Positions 61,653 to 64,000 of a stretch of 64,000 bases of DNA are shown here, piece by piece. The DNA comes from an uncultured Anaerotruncus sp. (lineage in GTDB: Bacteria > Bacillota > Clostridia > Oscillospirales > CAG-272). Both the position numbers and the translations under genes were made by a program. The stretch is from positions 38,134 to 102,133 of the forward strand of contig CABPZE010000005.1 in the NCBI GenBank assembly GCA_902461815.1, given 5' to 3'. Position 1 is the stretch's first letter, and each line of letters starts with the position of its first letter. The notes beneath the pieces were generated by a model. It worked only from the letters and a program-made list of their open reading frames with translations, searched no databases and was not told the origin of the DNA.

Positions 61653-62861
61653 TTAGCCGTAGTTTCTGTCGAGCAGCGTGATGCCGTCGATCTCAACATT
61701 GAAGTAAGGAGCGGAACGGAACTTGGACTCCGCAAACGCACCGTCGGTAATGACCTCGGTATCAGGCTCATAAGCGGCGTCAGTGTTGACGTCAGCCATG
61801 TAGGAGGTGAGGGCCTTGCCTCCTACGGTAAATGTAGCGGTATCGAATACCTTGAGAGAACCGTCAACCAGCTTTGCCTTGGCAGCGTCGATAGCAGCCT
61901 GAGTTCCCGCTGCGGCAGCCTGCTCGTTGACCTCGGTCAGCAGAACAGACTCGGTGGCGATCGTACCAGTCCAGTCGGTGTCTATCTTCTTGCCGTCGCG
62001 TACAGCCTCAATGGCGTACTTGAAGTAAGGAGCCCAGTTGATTCTGGAGGAAACAATGAAGGTATTGGGGCAGGCAACCTTGGTGCTGCCGTTGTAGGAA
62101 ACGTTGGGGATGCCGGCGGATTCGCAGGCGGTAGGAGCACCCATAGAGTCAGCGTGCTGGCTGATGAGCTTGCAGCCGTTGGCGATAAGTCTGTTGGCGG
62201 CTTCCTTTTCAGCGGACTCATTGTACCATGAGCCGGTGAAGGTGACTTCCATTGTCACGGACTTGCAGACGGAGCGGGCGCCAAGGAAGAAGGAGGTGTA
62301 ACCGGAAATAACCTCAGCGTATGTGAAAGCGCCGACGTATCCGATCTTCGCTTCTTCGGCAGTGAATTTACCGGCTGCAATCAGCTCGTTGAGCTTCATT
62401 CCTGCGGCGATACCGGCAAGGTAACGACCCTCATAGATGGAAGCAAAGGCGTTATGGTAGTTGTCAAGTCCCTCGGTGTGTGCGCGGGTGCCTGTGGCGT
62501 GGCAGAACTGAACCTGAGGATACTTCTTGGCGGCTTCGATCATGTAGTCCTCGTGTCCGAAGCTGTCTGCAAAGATAACTGTGCAGCCCTGCTCCACAAG
62601 GTCCTTGGCAGCCTCATAGCATTCGGCGCCTTCGGGAACATTGGTCTTGTAGATGAACTGGTCCTCGGAGAAGCCGAGAGCCTCGCGGACTTCGTCAGCC
62701 GCTTTGATGAAGTTAAGGTCGTAGGTGGAGTTTTCGTCATGCAGGAAGATAAATCCGGCTTTGAAGTTAGCGTCTGCTTTGTCCTGGCAGGATGCGAGAG
62801 CAACGCAGGTGCCAAGCAGCATAACAAGCGCGAGGAGAACCGATAAAGACTTGCGAATCAT
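61653..62861 (-). CDS. BMP-family (basic membrane protein / PnrA-like) ABC substrate-binding lipoprotein, probable purine nucleoside receptor
   Basis: 402 aa. Lipobox LASC. Bmp-like fold motifs (GFIFLHDENSTYD.., GYVGAF). First gene of an operon behind a guanine riboswitch. Confidence 0.85.
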   Translation of the reverse strand: MIRKSLSVLLALVMLLGTCVALASCQDKADANFKAGFIFLHDENSTYDLNFIKAADEVREALGFSEDQFIYKTNVPEGAECYEAAKDLVEQGCTVIFADSFGHEDYMIEAAKKYPQVQFCHATGTRAHTEGLDNYHNAFASIYEGRYLAGIAAGMKLNELIAAGKFTAEEAKIGYVGAFTYAEVISGYTSFFLGARSVCKSVTMEVTFTGSWYNESAEKEAANRLIANGCKLISQHADSMGAPTACESAGIPNVSYNGSTKVACPNTFIVSSRINWAPYFKYAIEAVRDGKKIDTDWTGTIATESVLLTEVNEQAAAAGTQAAIDAAKAKLVDGSLKVFDTATFTVGGKALTSYMADVNTDAAYEPDTEVITDGAFAESKFRSAPYFNVEIDGITLLDRNYG

Positions 62862-62940
62862 TTTGATTCCTCCGATAAAATTAATAATTATTTATTTACA
62901 ACGCGCTATGCGCATTGAAATCAGATATTTTTTCGTTTTG

Positions 62941-62968
62941 CAAACAAAAAAGAGCGGCGCTGCCGCTC
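62941..62968 (-). terminator. Candidate terminator/attenuator in the riboswitch leader
   Basis: Minus-strand GAGCGGC-AGC-GCCGCUC followed by UUUUUUGUUUG. The stem is short (7 bp), so confidence is moderate. Confidence 0.5.
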
Positions 62969-63054
62969 GTATATCCGGTATTTGAAATAATTGATCAGAT
63001 AGCAGAAAACAGTTTCCCCGTCGGCTGATTGCGCGCGGCGGTATTTTTGTTTTT

Positions 63055-63121
63055 CTTATAGTCGGATTATTTACGGTGATCCGGTAGAGACTTTCTGACC
63101 TTATTTCAGAGGATATATAAG
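63055..63121 (-). promoter_or_regulatory. Purine riboswitch aptamer, guanine/hypoxanthine type
   Basis: Minus-strand CUUAUA-UAU-CC-UCUGA-AAUAAGG-UCAGA-AAGUCUCUACC-GGAU-CACCGUAAAUA-AUCC-GACUA-UAAG. It aligns almost position by position with B. subtilis xpt (UAUAAUCGCGUGGAUAUGGCACGCAAGUUUCUACCGGGCACCGUAAAUGUCCGACUAUG). The specificity position is C (GACUA). Confidence 0.88.
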
Positions 63122-63148
63122 CAAAACAGTTTGATCGGTTACATGAAT

Positions 63149-63177
63149 ATTATATCAAACAACCTTCACATTGTCAA
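63149..63177 (-). promoter_or_regulatory. Consensus sigma-A promoter driving the riboswitch and nucleoside ABC operon
   Basis: Minus strand: TTGACA, 17-nt spacer, TATAAT. About 25 nt upstream of riboswitch P1. Confidence 0.7.
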
Positions 63178-63265
63178 CACATTTCGCCGATTTTTGTCAC
63201 ATTTGTGCTTTTTGCGCGGGCAAAGTCCGCAGCTTTGTCTAAAGTTCATATTTAGACTTCGTCAC

Positions 63266-64000
63266 TCAGCCCTGACCTCTCCAGAGCTGTGGGCAGACCA
63301 TCAGCCTGATTTTTCCGACGTCCGCCGCCCCGCCCTCAATAACGGCGTACGCCGCAGCCCCGGAACAGAAGACCGCCTCGTCAACCCCGTCGCCAAGCAC
63401 GACCGGGGAGGCGCTTTTTATCACCGGACCGTGTGAGCCGAAGATGACAGTTCCGCTTCCGACGCCGCCGGCGCAGGTCGGCGCTTCCCACGCCGAGCTT
63501 CCTATGTACTCGACACTTCCCTGCTCTCCGACATAGACCGTAAGCCTTATTACCGGATGTGTGGAACGCTCTATCGAGACAGGTCCGGAGGAAACTATCG
63601 CCGCGTCGCCGAAGCATATCATTGCCTCACCCGGATAATAGACAGCGCATTCGACACCCTCGCGGCTTGCGGCTTCAGATATCCGCGCCATAATTCCCGC
63701 GTCCCTTGAGTTTTGCGGATACGGCATCCACACGCGCCGCACTTTTTCGCGCTTCATAAGTCTTTCGGCGCTTGCGGTGTGGCGCTGATGATAATGCGTA
63801 AGCACAAGCGCTTCTATCTCGGTGGCTCCGTTTGCCTCCGCCGCGCCGACTGCCGAGCGCCAAGAGCCGTACGAGCCGTCTCCGATGTCCACGATGACAG
63901 CTCCGCCTGCCGAGGTAAGTATCAGCGCCTCGGAGCTTCCGTTGCTGAGGCATTCCACGCTCACCGGATTTGTATTCGCTCCTCCAAGAAACAGGCAAAG
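63266..64000 (-). CDS. ComEC/Rec2-like C-terminal MBL-fold domain; 3' part of a gene that starts beyond the right window edge
   Basis: The track gives 63266..63964 from an internal GTG, but the frame stays open to position 64000 (..FLGGANTNPVSVECLSNG..). Architecture ..IVDIGDG..LVLTHYHQRH..FGSHGP.. parallels the ComEC beta-lactamase domain, with degenerate metal motifs. Confidence 0.5.
   Translation of the reverse strand, partial: LCLFLGGANTNPVSVECLSNGSSEALILTSAGGAVIVDIGDGSYGSWRSAVGAAEANGATEIEALVLTHYHQRHTASAERLMKREKVRRVWMPYPQNSRDAGIMARISEAASREGVECAVYYPGEAMICFGDAAIVSSGPVSIERSTHPVIRLTVYVGEQGSVEYIGSSAWEAPTCAGGVGSGTVIFGSHGPVIKSASPVVLGDGVDEAVFCSGAAAYAVIEGGAADVGKIRLMVCPQLWRGQG

Noticed and set aside
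1-64000. Search by eye for mobile elements, prophage remnants, CRISPR arrays, retron/DGR reverse transcriptases, restriction-modification systems, toxin-antitoxin pairs or other defence islands.
   Set aside because: No transposase, integrase, recombinase, Cas, RT, methyltransferase or endonuclease motifs were seen in any frame. There are no spaced direct-repeat arrays. The only tRNA is not flanked by an integrase or direct repeats. Every gap over 150 bp is accounted for by promoters, leaders or terminators.

Overview
GC-rich, almost fully coding chromosomal segment. It looks like core genome of an endospore-forming Clostridia-class Firmicute (spo0A, yabP-yabQ-divIC, two SpoVB/MurJ-type flippases, a CotF-like coat protein); the taxon is inference. 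I call 50 protein-coding genes, two of them cut by the window edges and so absent from the ORF track. I also call one tRNA-Val(GAC), two purine-related riboswitches, several near-consensus sigma-A promoters and about a dozen intrinsic terminators. All family names come from motif recognition by eye; no searches were run. The ORF track uses ATG/GTG/TTG starts and takes the longest ORF, so several starts were moved inward to the conserved core with a good RBS. Left to right: (1) purE-purC-purF-purM' (minus) behind a ZTP/pfl-type riboswitch; (2) sirtuin and VanW-like genes; (3) a LysR regulator divergent from an 856-aa CoADR/Nox-type flavoprotein + rhodanese + sulfite-reductase-like fusion, translationally coupled to a FecBCD-type ABC importer; (4) two small acidic hypotheticals; (5) a heterodimeric ABC exporter; (6) a 995-aa MFS-transporter::GH2 fusion; (7) a VanY-like lipoprotein with a long structured leader; (8) the conserved yabM-mazG-yabO-yabP-yabQ-divIC block; (9) hemZ-dtd-relA-recJ; (10) RseC-like and FAD proteins; (11) cdaA-cdaR; (12) an Fe-ADH/araD pair; (13) a cluster of three lipoproteins (beta-helix, MBL-fold, GLUG-repeat) plus a cytoplasmic FAD protein and a CotF-like gene; (14) a DUF1385 gene, spo0A and a spoVB-like gene; (15) rhaA plus a 1035-aa GH106-like protein; (16) tRNA-Val; (17) a guanine-riboswitch-controlled BMP-family nucleoside ABC importer; (18) a ComEC-like MBL fragment at the right edge. 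I saw no transposase, integrase, phage gene, CRISPR array, reverse transcriptase or recognisable defence or toxin-antitoxin module. The most unusual items are the tri-domain sulfur-redox fusion with its coupled importer, the transporter-hydrolase fusion, an unassigned structured leader, and the lipoprotein island. None can be shown to be novel without database searches.
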